Counted from the stretch's first letter, positions 13,914 through 26,094 are shown. The stretch is DNA of 64,000 bases from Eledone cirrhosa (GCA_964016885.1 CAXHJY010001504.1:186001-250000), one strand, 5' to 3'. The notes: generated by a model not told the origin, from the sequence alone. A program made the numbers and translations.

Positions 13914-14557
13914 GAAAGTCAATTATCAATTGCAGATGGTATCACTCGAATTCGAAACACTGCTCTCCAGATACACAAAATATCATGTGACTGATTTGAA
14001 GCATGATGCACGTTTTTTTTTTTTTTGTGCGTTTTACTGGAGGTAGACTATTTAAACCTGTGGAGTAACCATTGCAGGGAGTCGGAGTGAGGTTGCCAGC
14101 GAGAGCAGTCGGTCTGAGGACGGTCTGAAGTAAAGATAGCTGGTGTAAATTTGATGTGAATAGCTGGCGTGAGCCCGGGTGGCGAAGAATAACATTACAC
14201 AAGATATCCAGCCTGGTGCGTCTATTTCTTCCGTTCTAAGCAAGTTGCCTAGCTGGACAGGCTTGTAGTTTCCCACCTCCTGACTCTGTGTTATTGGAGC
14301 CCTGTTGTATTTGTATACTGCATTTGCAACTATGTATATAACCTGATTAGTTCTATCGTTGCTCTGGTAAATATATTGTGTGTTAGTTTAGCCTACCAGA
14401 ATGTTCGATTTGTCAAGCTATTTAAACGTATGTTATTACTCTAAGGTCCTATCTTATCGAGTGCTTTGCTAACTCATCATTTCATATAAGTAGGCCGAAT
14501 TCACTTGCAAACCGCCAGAGATTCGATTTTACTGATTTCCAATTATATATATATATA

Positions 14558-14724
14558 GATCCGACCGTTTCGATAGCTTCGTCTGAACGTTCAGACCTAG
14601 CTGTCGAAACGGCCGGATCTCAGCCGTCGGGGTCCTGACACTTTTCCTATTACCCACTCTATTACCCAGTATCGAGTAATTTGGTGCGTTATGGTCCACC
14701 TGGTTACTTACCACACTTGCTTCG

Positions 14725-14728
<4 letters not shown>
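14558..14728 (+). mobile_element. Penelope-like fold-back tail (family D)
   Basis: Hairpin, then GAA-ACGGC..GCCGT-C-GGGGTC (hammerhead 3' half with GUC site). Shared tail gtgcgttatggtccacctggtt.cttaccaca. Confidence 0.65.
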
Positions 14729-14771
<43 letters not shown>

Positions 14772-14773
<2 letters not shown>

Positions 14774-14944
14774 GCATTTCCCGGCGCCGAAAACTCTTTG
14801 TCTTCGAGGACCCACCCTTATTTTGACAACCAAAAATCGAAAAAAAAAAAAATAAATAAACAAACTTCGGCTTCCAAGTCACATGGTAGACTTTTGAAAC
14901 TTATTTTAGGCAAAAAGTAGTGTCTTCAGCGCCGGGAAATACGG
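14772..14944. mobile_element. TA-TSD MITE (pogo/mariner-like), TIR CCGTATTTCCCGGCG
   Basis: Terminal inverted repeats and TA duplication. Second copy in opposite orientation at 20949-21106. Confidence 0.8.
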
Positions 14945-14950
14945 TACATA

Positions 14951-15461
14951 CAGGGTTGGTGGAAGGAGACTCTTCATTAATTATTGGTTGATTTTCATAA
15001 ATCTGTTATATTTTGGTTAGTATTATATAATTGTAGAAACACAGTACAGTTTGAAAATTCTACATAGGTAGCATCGTTGTCCACTAAGGTTTGTAATCGT
15101 CTAGGTATATACTCGATTGACTTCACCAGGAACTCATACGGTATATTGGTCAGTAAATGATGAATAAGTTGTTCCAATTGAATCAGAACTTTTGGTTTTG
15201 AGCTATAAACATCTTCCTTCGCCCTCCCATACAGGAAAAAAACCGCATGGCGTCAATTCAGGGCTTCTTGCTGGTCATTCATGTGGACTTCGTAATCCAC
15301 TTCTACGTCCTGGAAATTGGAGTTCAAGCCACTCACGGACAGTGTGGACAAAATAAGTAGGGGCCCCATTATTATGAGGTCATTGATGTCGCAAGTGGTC
15401 AAAGTAGACCCAAAAGTTATAAGTAATATTTTCAATAGAGACATTCTTTTCAGCCAGCCTG
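14951..15461 (-). mobile_element. Internally deleted Tc1/mariner-superfamily transposon
   Basis: TA-flanked CAGG.TGG termini. Decayed HE*PARSPELTPCGFF..G.AKEDVY..RRLQTLVDNDATYVE matches the WPxRSPDLTP motif. Confidence 0.75.
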
Positions 15462-15503
15462 TATGTATGTATATATATATATATATATATACGTTATTAA
15501 AAC

Positions 15504-15542
<39 letters not shown>

Positions 15543-15547
15543 ATACT

Positions 15548-15780
15548 AAAATAACAGATTAAAGTTTAAGCAAAGAATCGCTGCTTTCACCCTTAACGGT
15601 ATTTTCTGAAACTCAAGAGTAAGAAGATCTCGTTAAGGGTGAAAGCAGCGATTCTTTGCTTAAACTTTAATCTGTTATTTTAATAAATATTTGCTCTATG
15701 GTTTTTATATATTTGATATTTATGTTATCCTTATCGAGCCCTCTTCGGATTTTAGTCTTCATGTTTATTATTATTACTAT
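15548..15780 (+). mobile_element. Penelope-like fold-back tail (family E)
   Basis: Palindrome ...gctgctttcacccttaacg-loop-cgttaagggtgaaagcagc... Second copy at 26302-26540. Confidence 0.6.
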
Positions 15781-15874
15781 ATATCTGGGCGGGAGGCCGC
15801 TGGGGTTGGTTGAGGGCTTCCTGTGTTTGGGGGCGGGGGCGATGTGGTTGGGGGGCGGGGCCTGGGCGCGTGCC

Positions 15875-16350
15875 ACAGCTTGAGATCGGTGTGGAAGTCG
15901 GACCTTCGTAAAGACCTGAAATTCCGCCTCTTCATTGCTGTAGTGGAGTCTGTGCTGCTGTACGGGTCTGGGACTTGGACACTGACCAAGAAACTCACTC
16001 AGATGGTGGATGGGTGCTACACGAGAATGCTGAGGATGGCCCTGAACATTAATCAGTATACACTCAGGATGAAAAACTCATAGCTTTATGGGAGCCTCGC
16101 AAAAGTCAGCTCAAAAGTGACACAGAGGAGACTGAGGTTAGCTGGACATGCTCACCGACATCTAGAGTTGACATTGCACCCAGTGCTCCTGTTGGAGCCC
16201 CTGCATGGAAGAGGTAGACCGAGGTTAACATATGTTGATGCCTGAAGGACAGACACTGGTCTGTTGGAGACGCAGGACATGGCAGCGATGATGAGGGACA
16301 GAGACCGCTGGAGAGAACTCGTCCATGGATCTTGGGAATTTTACCCGCCC
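15875..16350 (+). mobile_element. RTEX/RTE-group LINE 3' fragment, decayed
   Basis: Translates as LRSVWKSDLRKDLKFRLFIAVVESVLLYGSGTWTLT..DGCYTRMLRMALNI..RRLRLAGH..GRGRPRLTYVD..MRDRDRWR, with stops. Confidence 0.85.
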
Positions 16351-16600
16351 TAGAAATATATATATAAAATTAGAAGCTCTCACCGTATTTTTTTTAGTAA
16401 ATAAATAAATTTTAGCCCGATAGTGGTGTTTAGAACCCTCAAAGAAATGGAAAAAGATGTGTATTGTCGACAATACTCATCTTTTTCTATTTCTTAGAGG
16501 GGTCTAAACCCCACTATCGGGCTAAAATTTCTTTAGTAAAAAAATACGGTGAAAGCTATTTCAAATTTCAAACACGCTCGCTGTTTCAAAACGCACACAC

Positions 16601-16650
<50 letters not shown>

Positions 16651-16655
<5 letters not shown>

Positions 16656-16814
16656 AAAATGTTCAAGACCCCAGCAGCAGAGCTCGAGCCGTTTCGTTGG
16701 GTCGAGCCCTGCCGTCGGGGTCTTGAACATTTTCCTATTATCCACTCTACTACCCTAAGTATTGAGTACTCTGGTGCGTTAAGATCCTCCTGGTTCCTTA
16801 CCGCACTTCCTTCG

Positions 16815-16818
<4 letters not shown>
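16651..16818 (+). mobile_element. Family D fold-back tail copy
   Basis: Inverted arms ataggaaaatgttcaagacccc/ggggtcttgaacattttcctat plus the family D tail, in (TA)n. Confidence 0.6.
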
Positions 16819-16906
<88 letters not shown>

Positions 16907-16975
16907 AAAAAGGGATGAAATCGAAAATGCAACTGAAGTCTTATTTTTTTAAAAAATATATATATTTATTTGGTT

Positions 16976-17013
16976 CCTTTACCGGTTTCGCAGTTCTTCT
17001 GCTTTTCAAAAGG
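16976..17013 (-). ncRNA. Mirror copy of the family C U3:A8 hammerhead
   Basis: Exact reverse complement of 17086-17123 within the palindrome centred at 17049/17050. Confidence 0.75.
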
Positions 17014-17085
17014 TGAGTTGAGATGGAGGGTCTGTGGTTTTTCTCACAGATGTGAGAAAAACCACAGACCCTCCATCTCAACTCA

Positions 17086-17123
17086 CCTTTTGAAAAGCAG
17101 AAGAACTGCGAAACCGGTAAAGG
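17086..17123 (+). ncRNA. Minimal hammerhead ribozyme, U3:A8 core variant (family C)
   Basis: CCTT-TTGAAAA-GCAG-AAGAA-CTGC-GAA-A-CCGG-T-A-AAGG: stem I CCTT/AAGG, stem II GCAG/CTGC, palindromic ACCGGT stem III, GUA site. C3-G8 is replaced by U3-A8. Confidence 0.75.
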
Positions 17124-17254
17124 AACCAAATAAATATATATATTTTTTAAAAAAATAAGACTTCAGTTGCATTTTCGATTTCATCCCTTTTTCTTTATAC
17201 TTCCACTCGTGTAGGACACCTCGGTTATTTTTCATTTTGTAAAAAAAACCTCAC

Positions 17255-17334
<80 letters not shown>

Positions 17335-17336
<2 letters not shown>

Positions 17337-17464
17337 GGGTGGTCCTAAAGTCGCAATACATAGGAAATTTTAAAGTTTCTATATTTATTTATTTTGAATG
17401 AATTGTTTCTTATAAAACAATTATTTTTCTTTACTTTATGTGTCACGGCTTTTGGGCCACCCTG
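17335..17464. mobile_element. Mariner-type MITE
   Basis: CTGGGTGGTCCTAAAG ... CTTTTGGGCCACCCTG-TA TIRs. Confidence 0.65.
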
Positions 17465-17810
17465 TATATATATATATATATATATACATACACATAATTT
17501 TTCTACTTTGGGCACAAGGCCAGCAATTATACCAGTGTATTACTGGTACTTTATTTTATCGACACCGTGTCGATGGAAGGTAAGTGTGTGTGTACGTGTG
17601 TATATATTCACCTACATTCAGTATTAACTCTTTGTTTTGTCAAGCTGTTGAAGCAAAAGGTGGAAAATGAGGATAAAATAGATGAAAGGTAGTTAATTAA
17701 AAATATTGGATCCACCTTTATAAATTAATCAACATGTTAATGAGTCAATAAAAATGATTGATCATCTTATGAGCCTGTGAGAGTGTACGTACGTGTACAT
17801 ATATACATAC

Positions 17811-17893
<83 letters not shown>

Positions 17894-17944
17894 GTATATG
17901 TGTTTCTCTCTCTCTCTCTTCCCCTCTCTCTCTCTCTCTCTCTT

Positions 17945-18052
<108 letters not shown>

Positions 18053-18705
18053 TATACATTATATATATGCTGCACATATATGAACACATATACATATGTG
18101 CTGAAACAAAATTAGGAATACCTATTTTATTTAACAGAAACCATATTACGAAATAAAGTCTCTCCTGGAATAAAGTATTGGAATAAAAGTCTTTCAAATC
18201 GACTTATACAGAAATATAGAAAATGATTAAAAAACCTTGAAAATTTTAGATTTAGAAATGTAGTTTTATTATTATTTATTATATAGAATTTTTTTTATCA
18301 TATTCTTTTTATCATCATGTTTATTGTAATTTTATTTTGCTTCTCTGTCGTACTTTCTTCAGTCAAATGGTTAGAATTATTTCAAATTCTTTATCAATTT
18401 CCTTTCGCTTTCTTCTTTTTTCTTATTTCGTAATTTTTTGATTGTTTTGGTTTTTTTTTTTGTTGTTGTTTACATTTCATTTATGTTTCTTCTTCGTTTC
18501 CCAAAAATTCCGTTTCAAAAAATTTACCATTTTGAAGAACAGAAGAGAGAAGTTACAAAATGAAATTTAATAGGTCTAAAGTGTACATGAATATATACAG
18601 GTATGGAATGTGTGAGTGTGTATATATATGTATGTGTGTGTATATAAATGTATATACATACAAACATGTATATATATATAGATATATATATATATGTGTG
18701 TGTGC

Positions 18706-18774
<69 letters not shown>

Positions 18775-19532
18775 TATATTTATATAAACATTGATTTTTC
18801 GAGGGTTTTTTTCCTGTTAAAGTATTGTTGGTCTGTTTCAATGTATTTTCTCTTTTTGTTAAGTCTTAAAATGTCTTTTCTGAGAAGTTCCTTTACCATA
18901 GCAATAATAATAATGATGATTATTAGAATTATTACTTTGTATTATTATTACTGGTTTTGTTGTAGTTGTTGGTATTATAGTAGTTCTTGCAATATTTTCT
19001 CTATTTCTTTTCATTAAAAAAACAAAACAACTTTGTTGCACTATTTTCTATATACACAGTGTTTAAATAAATTGTCTTTTATTTGTAGTAATTTTCAATG
19101 ATATTATCAAACATTGACATGCCAATAGAGAGGCGCCGTTAAACATTTCAAACATGTTCATGTATCTCCCTCAAGGCCACAGAACTGTGTGTGAGTGTGT
19201 GTGTGATTTGCTGGTGCAACCCCTCCTTATAGTTTGTCGATAAACATAAATACCAGTAATATACTGACACCGATTTCTATCGACTCTGTAACTGCTTCCC
19301 CTCTCCCCACCCTAATCCAACATGGATTCCTGATTACGTCAGAAATCGCCAAAGTCATTGTTAGCATCGTTAGTCTGTTTTATAACGTCCATGCTCCTAC
19401 CCACGCTATTACATAGCGTTGATTCACCAGCCCCACATCTATTGTAACCGCTATGTTTATAATATTTACTATATTTGATGTGCAAACCCAGGTGGCTAAT
19501 AAAGAAAACATTATTATTATTATTATTATTAT

Positions 19533-19803
19533 TTGAGTCTCAGTCATTGATGTTAGTTAACTGGAAAGTTTGTTCAAATGAACATCAAGCCGCTACGTGC
19601 AGCCTCAGATATTCAGGACGTATCGGAGGGTTCTTGCTGTTCCCAGCAAGCATACCTTTTGAAGTGTTCCAAACAATGGGGCTGGACTAATCTTCTTTAA
19701 CCATCTTTGAAAACTCTTTGAGATAGTACCTAGTGCTCCTATGACAATCGGGACGACCTTGATCTCACGACAGTTCCAAATCCATTTTAACTCCCACTTT
19801 AAA
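19533..19803 (-). mobile_element. R4/Dong-like non-LTR retrotransposon 3' end
   Basis: LKWELKWIWNCREIKVVPIVIGALGTISKSFQRWLKKI..LQKVCLLGTARTLRYVLNI* (stop 19605-19607). Flanked by (TAA)n, the known Dong target. Confidence 0.85.
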
Positions 19804-19831
19804 TTACTATTATTATTATTATTATTATTAT

Positions 19832-19871
19832 GTACTGGGTAATTGCTGGCCTTGTGCCAAATGTAGAAACA

Positions 19872-19921
<50 letters not shown>

Positions 19922-20130
19922 TAGCAATTATCCCAGTGCATTACTGGTACTTTATTTTATCGACCCCGTAAGGATGAAAGGCAAAGTTTAACCTCGGCGG
20001 GATATGATCTGAGTTCAAATCCCGCCGAGGTTAACTTTGCCTTTCATCCTTACGCGGTCGATAAAATAAAGTACCAGTAATGCACTGAAATTAATTGCTG
20101 GCCTTGTGCCAAAAGTAGAAACAATTATTA
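19832..20130. mobile_element. Dominant SINE: tail fragment plus head-to-head inverted pair
   Basis: Minus copy ~19921-20003 and plus copy ~20008-20128, within (ATT)n. Confidence 0.85.
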
Positions 20131-20488
20131 TTATTATTATTATTATTATTATTTATAAATTATTTTTCTATTCGATCTCTCGAGGTTTGTTGCCTTTTCG
20201 ATTTATATAATGAAGTCCTGCCGGTGGAGTTTGTGTATGTATGTAATTTGTGGTTTTATAATTTTATACATTTTTGCAATAGAGAGTCGGTTTCTAACAT
20301 AGATACGAGACTCTTTCATTGGAATTGAAACATCAACTAGGTAAATAAGTATGTCTGTCTGCATGCAGGGATGGGTGTTATTGTTTTGTGTGGATGTGGA
20401 TGTTTTCAGTTTGATGTATGTATGTACGTATGAATATATATATATATATATGTGTGTATGTGTGTGTATGTATGCATATGTATGTATG

Positions 20489-20522
<34 letters not shown>

Positions 20523-20585
20523 TGTATGTATGTATGTATGTATGAATATATATATATATATGTGTGTATGTGTGTGTATGTATGC

Positions 20586-20616
<31 letters not shown>

Positions 20617-20695
20617 TGTATGTATGTATGTATGTATGTATGTATGTATGTATGAATATATATATATATATGTGTGTATGTGTGTGTATGTATGC

Positions 20696-20726
<31 letters not shown>

Positions 20727-20885
20727 TGTATGTATGTATGTATGAATATATATATATATATGTGTGTATGTGTGTGTATGTATGCATATGTATGTATGTA
20801 TGTATGAATATATATATATATATGTGTGTATGTGTGTGTATGAATATATATATATATATATGTGTGTATGTGTGTGTATGTATGC

Positions 20886-20916
<31 letters not shown>

Positions 20917-20948
20917 TGTATGTATGTATGTATGTATGTATGTATGTA

Positions 20949-21106
20949 TTGTATTACCCGGCATCGAAGACGCTACCTTTTTCCTAAAATAAGTCTAAAA
21001 AAATCTACCATGCGTCCTGGAGGCCGAAGATTATTATTTTTTTTTTTTTTTTCAAAATTGAAGTGCGTCCTCGAGGACGAAGCGACTTCGGCGCCGGGAA
21101 ATACGG
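20949..21106. mobile_element. Same MITE family as 14772-14944
   Basis: Ends in cggcgccgggaaatacggTA, with internal similarity in reverse orientation. Confidence 0.75.
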
Positions 21107-21130
21107 TATGTGAGTATATATGTATGCATG

Positions 21131-21161
<31 letters not shown>

Positions 21162-21220
21162 GTACATATATGTGTGTGTGTGTGTATGTCTAAGTATATA
21201 TGTAAGTATATATATGTATA

Positions 21221-21261
<41 letters not shown>

Positions 21262-21850
21262 TTATATATATATATATGTGTGTGTGTGTGTTGACCGTTA
21301 CCAATCAGGGTGAGGCGGTGGCAGTAAAAAATCCATAGGTCACACAGAGAGTGAGAGAAAGAGAAAGAGAGATAGAGAGGGGGGTAGAGCTTTAATTTGC
21401 GCCAATGACGGTTCACAAGTTCCTTCATTTTTTAGAAATATTTCGGCATTAAGCTCCCTTTATCCGAAGAAGACGACATTCTCCTTCGTTATTATTATTA
21501 TTAGTGATATAGTTGTCCATTGTCGTTGTTGTTATTGTTGTTGTTATCGTTTTTTTTTTTATTTTTACAATATTCTTTATAATGTCTTTACCATTATTAT
21601 TATGACCATTGTCATTATCATTGTTACAAAGTATTATTAATTATTATCACCATCAACACTTCATGAATATTCATGACAACACATTTACAAACCAGGCTCC
21701 TCCCCATTTTTTCACATTGTTGAATATTAAATGTCTTCATTAAATGTTTCATTTCTGTTACTTTTTTTGTACAGTTGATTCATCAGCTATTTTGCATGAA
21801 TTTATGAATTTATATTATGTATATTATATAACTTTATATATATATATATT

Positions 21851-21881
<31 letters not shown>

Positions 21882-21916
21882 ATAATGTACATATATGTAT
21901 ATATTTATAGACATAA

Positions 21917-21953
<37 letters not shown>

Positions 21954-22136
21954 TGTGTATATTTATAGAAATAAATATACATATGCATATACATTTATAT
22001 ATATATATGTATGTATGTGTATATGTGTGACTCTGTGTGCGTATGTATGCGTTTGTTTCTTTGTGTTGTTGTGTTGTTGTTGTTGTTGTTGTTGTGTTGT
22101 ATGTATGAAATAGTCTGTAAAAGAGAGATAGGTTCG

Positions 22137-22810
22137 TTATACCATACCCGATAATGACTGCCGCAGGGAAGGCGATACCGGTGTGTAGCTGTGTGTGATA
22201 CAACGAGGGTCTCTCAGAGAGGCCAAAGAGCTACTGTAGGAATTGGAAGATTCCGGCCCCGTGGACACGGTGACGGCGCCACCGTCGTGATAGAGAACAG
22301 GGACACGTACCATTCGGTGTGCCGCGTGGGCTATATTTGCGGCCTCTAATTCGGCAGCCAACTGTCGTTTCCATTTGTTTCTGCGATTTTGAAACCATAT
22401 TTTCACCTGGGTTTCCGTCAGCCGTAGGGAAGCGGCTAAACCAGCCCTTTCTGAGCTCGATAGATACCGTTTCACGTCAAACGTAGACTCCAGTTGGTAA
22501 ACCTGACTGCGTGAAAACACGGTTCTCGTTTTCTTCTTCCGTCTGTTTTTCCGATCGTCATCGCAACTGTTTGGGTTGCTGTTAGACTTGTCATCTTTGT
22601 GTCTGTCGCCGTCGGCTGTTCCGTCGCCCACCATATCCCGATCGATTGGCGACGACTTCGGTGAGTCGGACACGTCCGGAGAGGCGTCGTCCACCGTCGG
22701 CGAGAGTCGACTGCAATCTGGCGGGGAGAGTTTCTCAGGCAGAGGTAGATGAGGGTGGCTGGCGTCAAGTGGACTGGGTGGCATTCCAGGACTGACAGCG
22801 GACGGGCCTT
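22137..22810 (-). CDS. Hmx: Hmx/NK5 (H6-family) homeobox transcription factor, terminal coding exon (partial gene)
   Basis: Homeodomain [59 protein letters not shown] (~22359-22538), followed by Hmx-diagnostic LAAELEAAN and [11 protein letters not shown] motifs. Acceptor tttgtttcag| precedes 22810 (phase 1, [12 protein letters not shown]...). Stop TAA at 22137-22139. The ORF-track Met at 22784 is probably internal. Confidence 0.95.
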
Positions 22811-23044
22811 CTGAAACAAAGGAATCAGTAAAAGTTATCGGGTCAAGACAAAAAGAACGATATTAATGCATACAATACATATATGCATGCAATACATACA
22901 TACATACAATAGATATATACATATAATACATACATACAATACATACATACAATACATATATGCATGAAATACATAGATACATACAATAGATATATACATA
23001 TAATACATACATACAATACATACATACAATAGATATATATATAT

Positions 23045-23788
23045 AATCTTCTTTGGCCCCATTCGGTCACGAATGACCATGGTTTTTCACCTAGAAAGTT
23101 TCCTCCGAGGTACAAGCCTGGGCAAGGTTTTCTTGAGGAAGACCAGTAGTCGCCCATGCATACCAGTCTCCCCTCTCTACCCCTCCGATGTTGTCCAAGG
23201 GAAAGGCAATGGCCGATACAGCTTGGCACCAGTGACGTCGCAACTCATTTCTACAGCGGAGCAAACTGGAGCAGCGTGAAATAAAGTGTCTTGCTCAAGG
23301 ACACAACGCATGGCCCGTTCCGAGAATTGAACTCACAACCTCTCAATTGCAAGCCTAATGCTCAAGGACACAACGCATGGCCCGTTCCGAGAATTGAACT
23401 CACAACCTCTCAATTGCAAGCCTAATGCTCAAGGACACAACGCATGGCCCGTTCCGAGAATTGAACTCACAACCTCTCAATTGCAAGCCTAATGCTCAAG
23501 GACACAACGCATGGCCCGTTCCGAGAATTGAACTCACAACCTCTCAATTGCAAGCCTAATGCTCAAGGACACAACGCATGGCCCGTTCCGAGAATTGAAC
23601 TCACAACCTCTCAATTGCAAGCCTAATGCTCAAGGACACAACGCATGGCCCGTTCCGAGAATTGAACTCACAACCTCTCAATTGCAAGCCTAATGCTCAA
23701 GGACACAACGCATGGCACGTTCCGAGAATTGAACTCACAACCTCTCAATTGCAAGCCTAATGCTTTAATCACTAAGCCATGCGCTTTC
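23045..23788 (-). mobile_element. tRNA-derived CORE-type SINE with internal 7x67-bp amplification
   Basis: A box TGGCTTAGTGATT, B box GAGTTCAATTC, CORE-like tgtgtccttgagcaagacactttatttcacg. Partial relatives at ~9330-9506, ~31780-31860 and ~52960-53070. Confidence 0.8.
23293..23762. repeat. 67-bp minisatellite x7, derived from a SINE head
   Basis: Unit gctcaaggacacaacgcatggcccgttccgagaattgaactcacaacctctcaattgcaagcctaat, almost invariant. Confidence 0.95.
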
Positions 23789-24312
23789 ACATATAATACA
23801 TATATACATACAATATATACATACAAGGTCCTTGTTTCAGGGCGTACCAGGGGATAGGTCCCCACCTCAATATTTCAGGTACGGGGCCAAACCATTTTTT
23901 GTTTCTTGTTCATTTGATATAATACATTCTTTTTAAGCATATTTTTTTTTATATCTGAACTTCATTTGAATATATAAAATTTAATTAGCATAAAATTTTA
24001 CTTATGTGATAGGGTCCGGGGAAGGTACTATAAGCAATACTAACATGCTCCTTTAAGAATCAACAAATGGTGGTTTGTCCCCCTCACATTTTTAAGGCAA
24101 ACGAGGACCCTGTAGACATGCAATATATATATATATATATGTATATGTACATATGTATAAATGTATATATATGTATATGTATATAGATATATATATATAA
24201 ATATATGTATGATATATGTATGTATATGTATACATATATATATATGTATGTATATATATATATATATGTATATGTATATATGTATAAGTATATATATGAA
24301 TATACATGTATA

Positions 24313-24363
<51 letters not shown>

Positions 24364-24465
24364 GTATATATGTATAGTATACGTATATATGTATATATGT
24401 ATATGTATATATATATGTATATGTATATATATGTACATATATATATATATGTATATATATATATG

Positions 24466-24512
<47 letters not shown>

Positions 24513-24513
24513 G

Positions 24514-24562
<49 letters not shown>

Positions 24563-24563
24563 G

Positions 24564-24610
<47 letters not shown>

Positions 24611-24789
24611 GTATATATATATATGTATATATATATAAATATGTATATATATATGTATACATATATATGTATATGTATATATATGTATATCTATATATAT
24701 GTATATATATGTATATGTATATATATGTATATATATATATGTATATATATGTATATGTATATATATGTATATATATATGTATATGTATA

Positions 24790-24846
<57 letters not shown>

Positions 24847-25280
24847 GTATACGACTGGAATGCTCTTGATTCATAGGTCAATATCTAACTTACATTCTTT
24901 GTTAGGAACATCATGCTTACGAACAATTAATAAAATGTACTCAATACATTCAACGTAGTGTTGAAATATGGATATTCATTTGGTTGTATTAAACTAACAC
25001 TGACACACACACACTCACACACACACACACAGACACACACACACAACTGTATGTCTCACACACTCTCTCTCAAAGTTGACTTCGGCGTGATTTTAACTCA
25101 CAACGTAAAGAAACAAATACCACACTGGAATTTTATCCGACGCCCTACAGATTCCGTCAACCGAGCATGCTGTATTTTATATAACATTGATAGAGAGGGA
25201 GAGAGAGAGAGAGAGCGGGAGAGAGAGAGAGACAGACAGAGAATCACAAACGGTTTGAGAAGCGAGGGGGTGAAGACAGC

Positions 25281-25315
<35 letters not shown>

Positions 25316-25375
25316 GTAGACATACATACATACAGACAGACAGTCACCCAGATAGGAAGCGAGACTGAAGCAAGT

Positions 25376-25427
<52 letters not shown>

Positions 25428-25968
25428 TTAGGGTGCTGGTTAGGACGAAACAGGAGGAGAAAGAAAGAAAGGGTTTCCATCGTCAGCTGTAAATGTTTCC
25501 CGGACCGATGTTTAGGCGCTGAATTACAGGACATTGGTGTAGTTCGGGTGCGCCCGAGGCCTTTTATTAATCAAAAGGCCAGGTGGAAAAGACGAGAGAA
25601 AGAGAGAAAAAAGGGGGAGAAAAATGGAGAGAGAAAAGGAAAGAGAGGGAAAGAACAGGGGGAACAAGATGAGGAGAGAGGAAGAAGGGGAAAAATAGGA
25701 AAGGAATAGGAGAAAAAAGTGTACAGGTCCCATCGTGGGAGTACACAGGTGATTCATAACTTTTTGTGTATATATATATATATATATATATACATATACA
25801 CAAACAGACGCACACACACACAGACAATGCGAGGAAGTGAGGGTGTGAGTCCAGATATATATGTATATACACACACACACTCACACACATATACAGTGTT
25901 CATAGAGAAGTATATATGAAAACATATATACGTTTATACACAATAAATATATGGGTAGCCTCGTCAAT

Positions 25969-26005
<37 letters not shown>

Positions 26006-26061
26006 CGGCGATGAATTATTAATTCTGGCAATATTACACAAATATGACCCTCCCCAAGTAT

Positions 26062-26093
<32 letters not shown>

Positions 26094-26094
<1 letters not shown>

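Larger units (their letters stand above)
16900..17260. mobile_element. Penelope-like inverted tail insertion (family C), ~300-bp palindrome
   Basis: Arms ~16900-17049 and 17050-17199 are reverse complements, followed by a unique tail. Flanked by (TA)n on both sides. Confidence 0.7.

Noticed and set aside
16941-17158. Twin 62-aa ORFs on both strands
   Set aside because: A consequence of the palindrome, with no coding signal.
22472-22819. 115-aa alternative-frame ORF overlapping Hmx
   Set aside because: Shadow frame of the GC-rich exon, starting in the acceptor pyrimidine tract.
23700-23788. tRNA gene
   Set aside because: A and B boxes are present but run into a SINE body. No cloverleaf acceptor stem.
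25462-25495. CTGACGA-TG-GAAA on the minus strand (stem II-less hammerhead?)
   Set aside because: No complementary stem I and no palindromic stem III. Likely chance.
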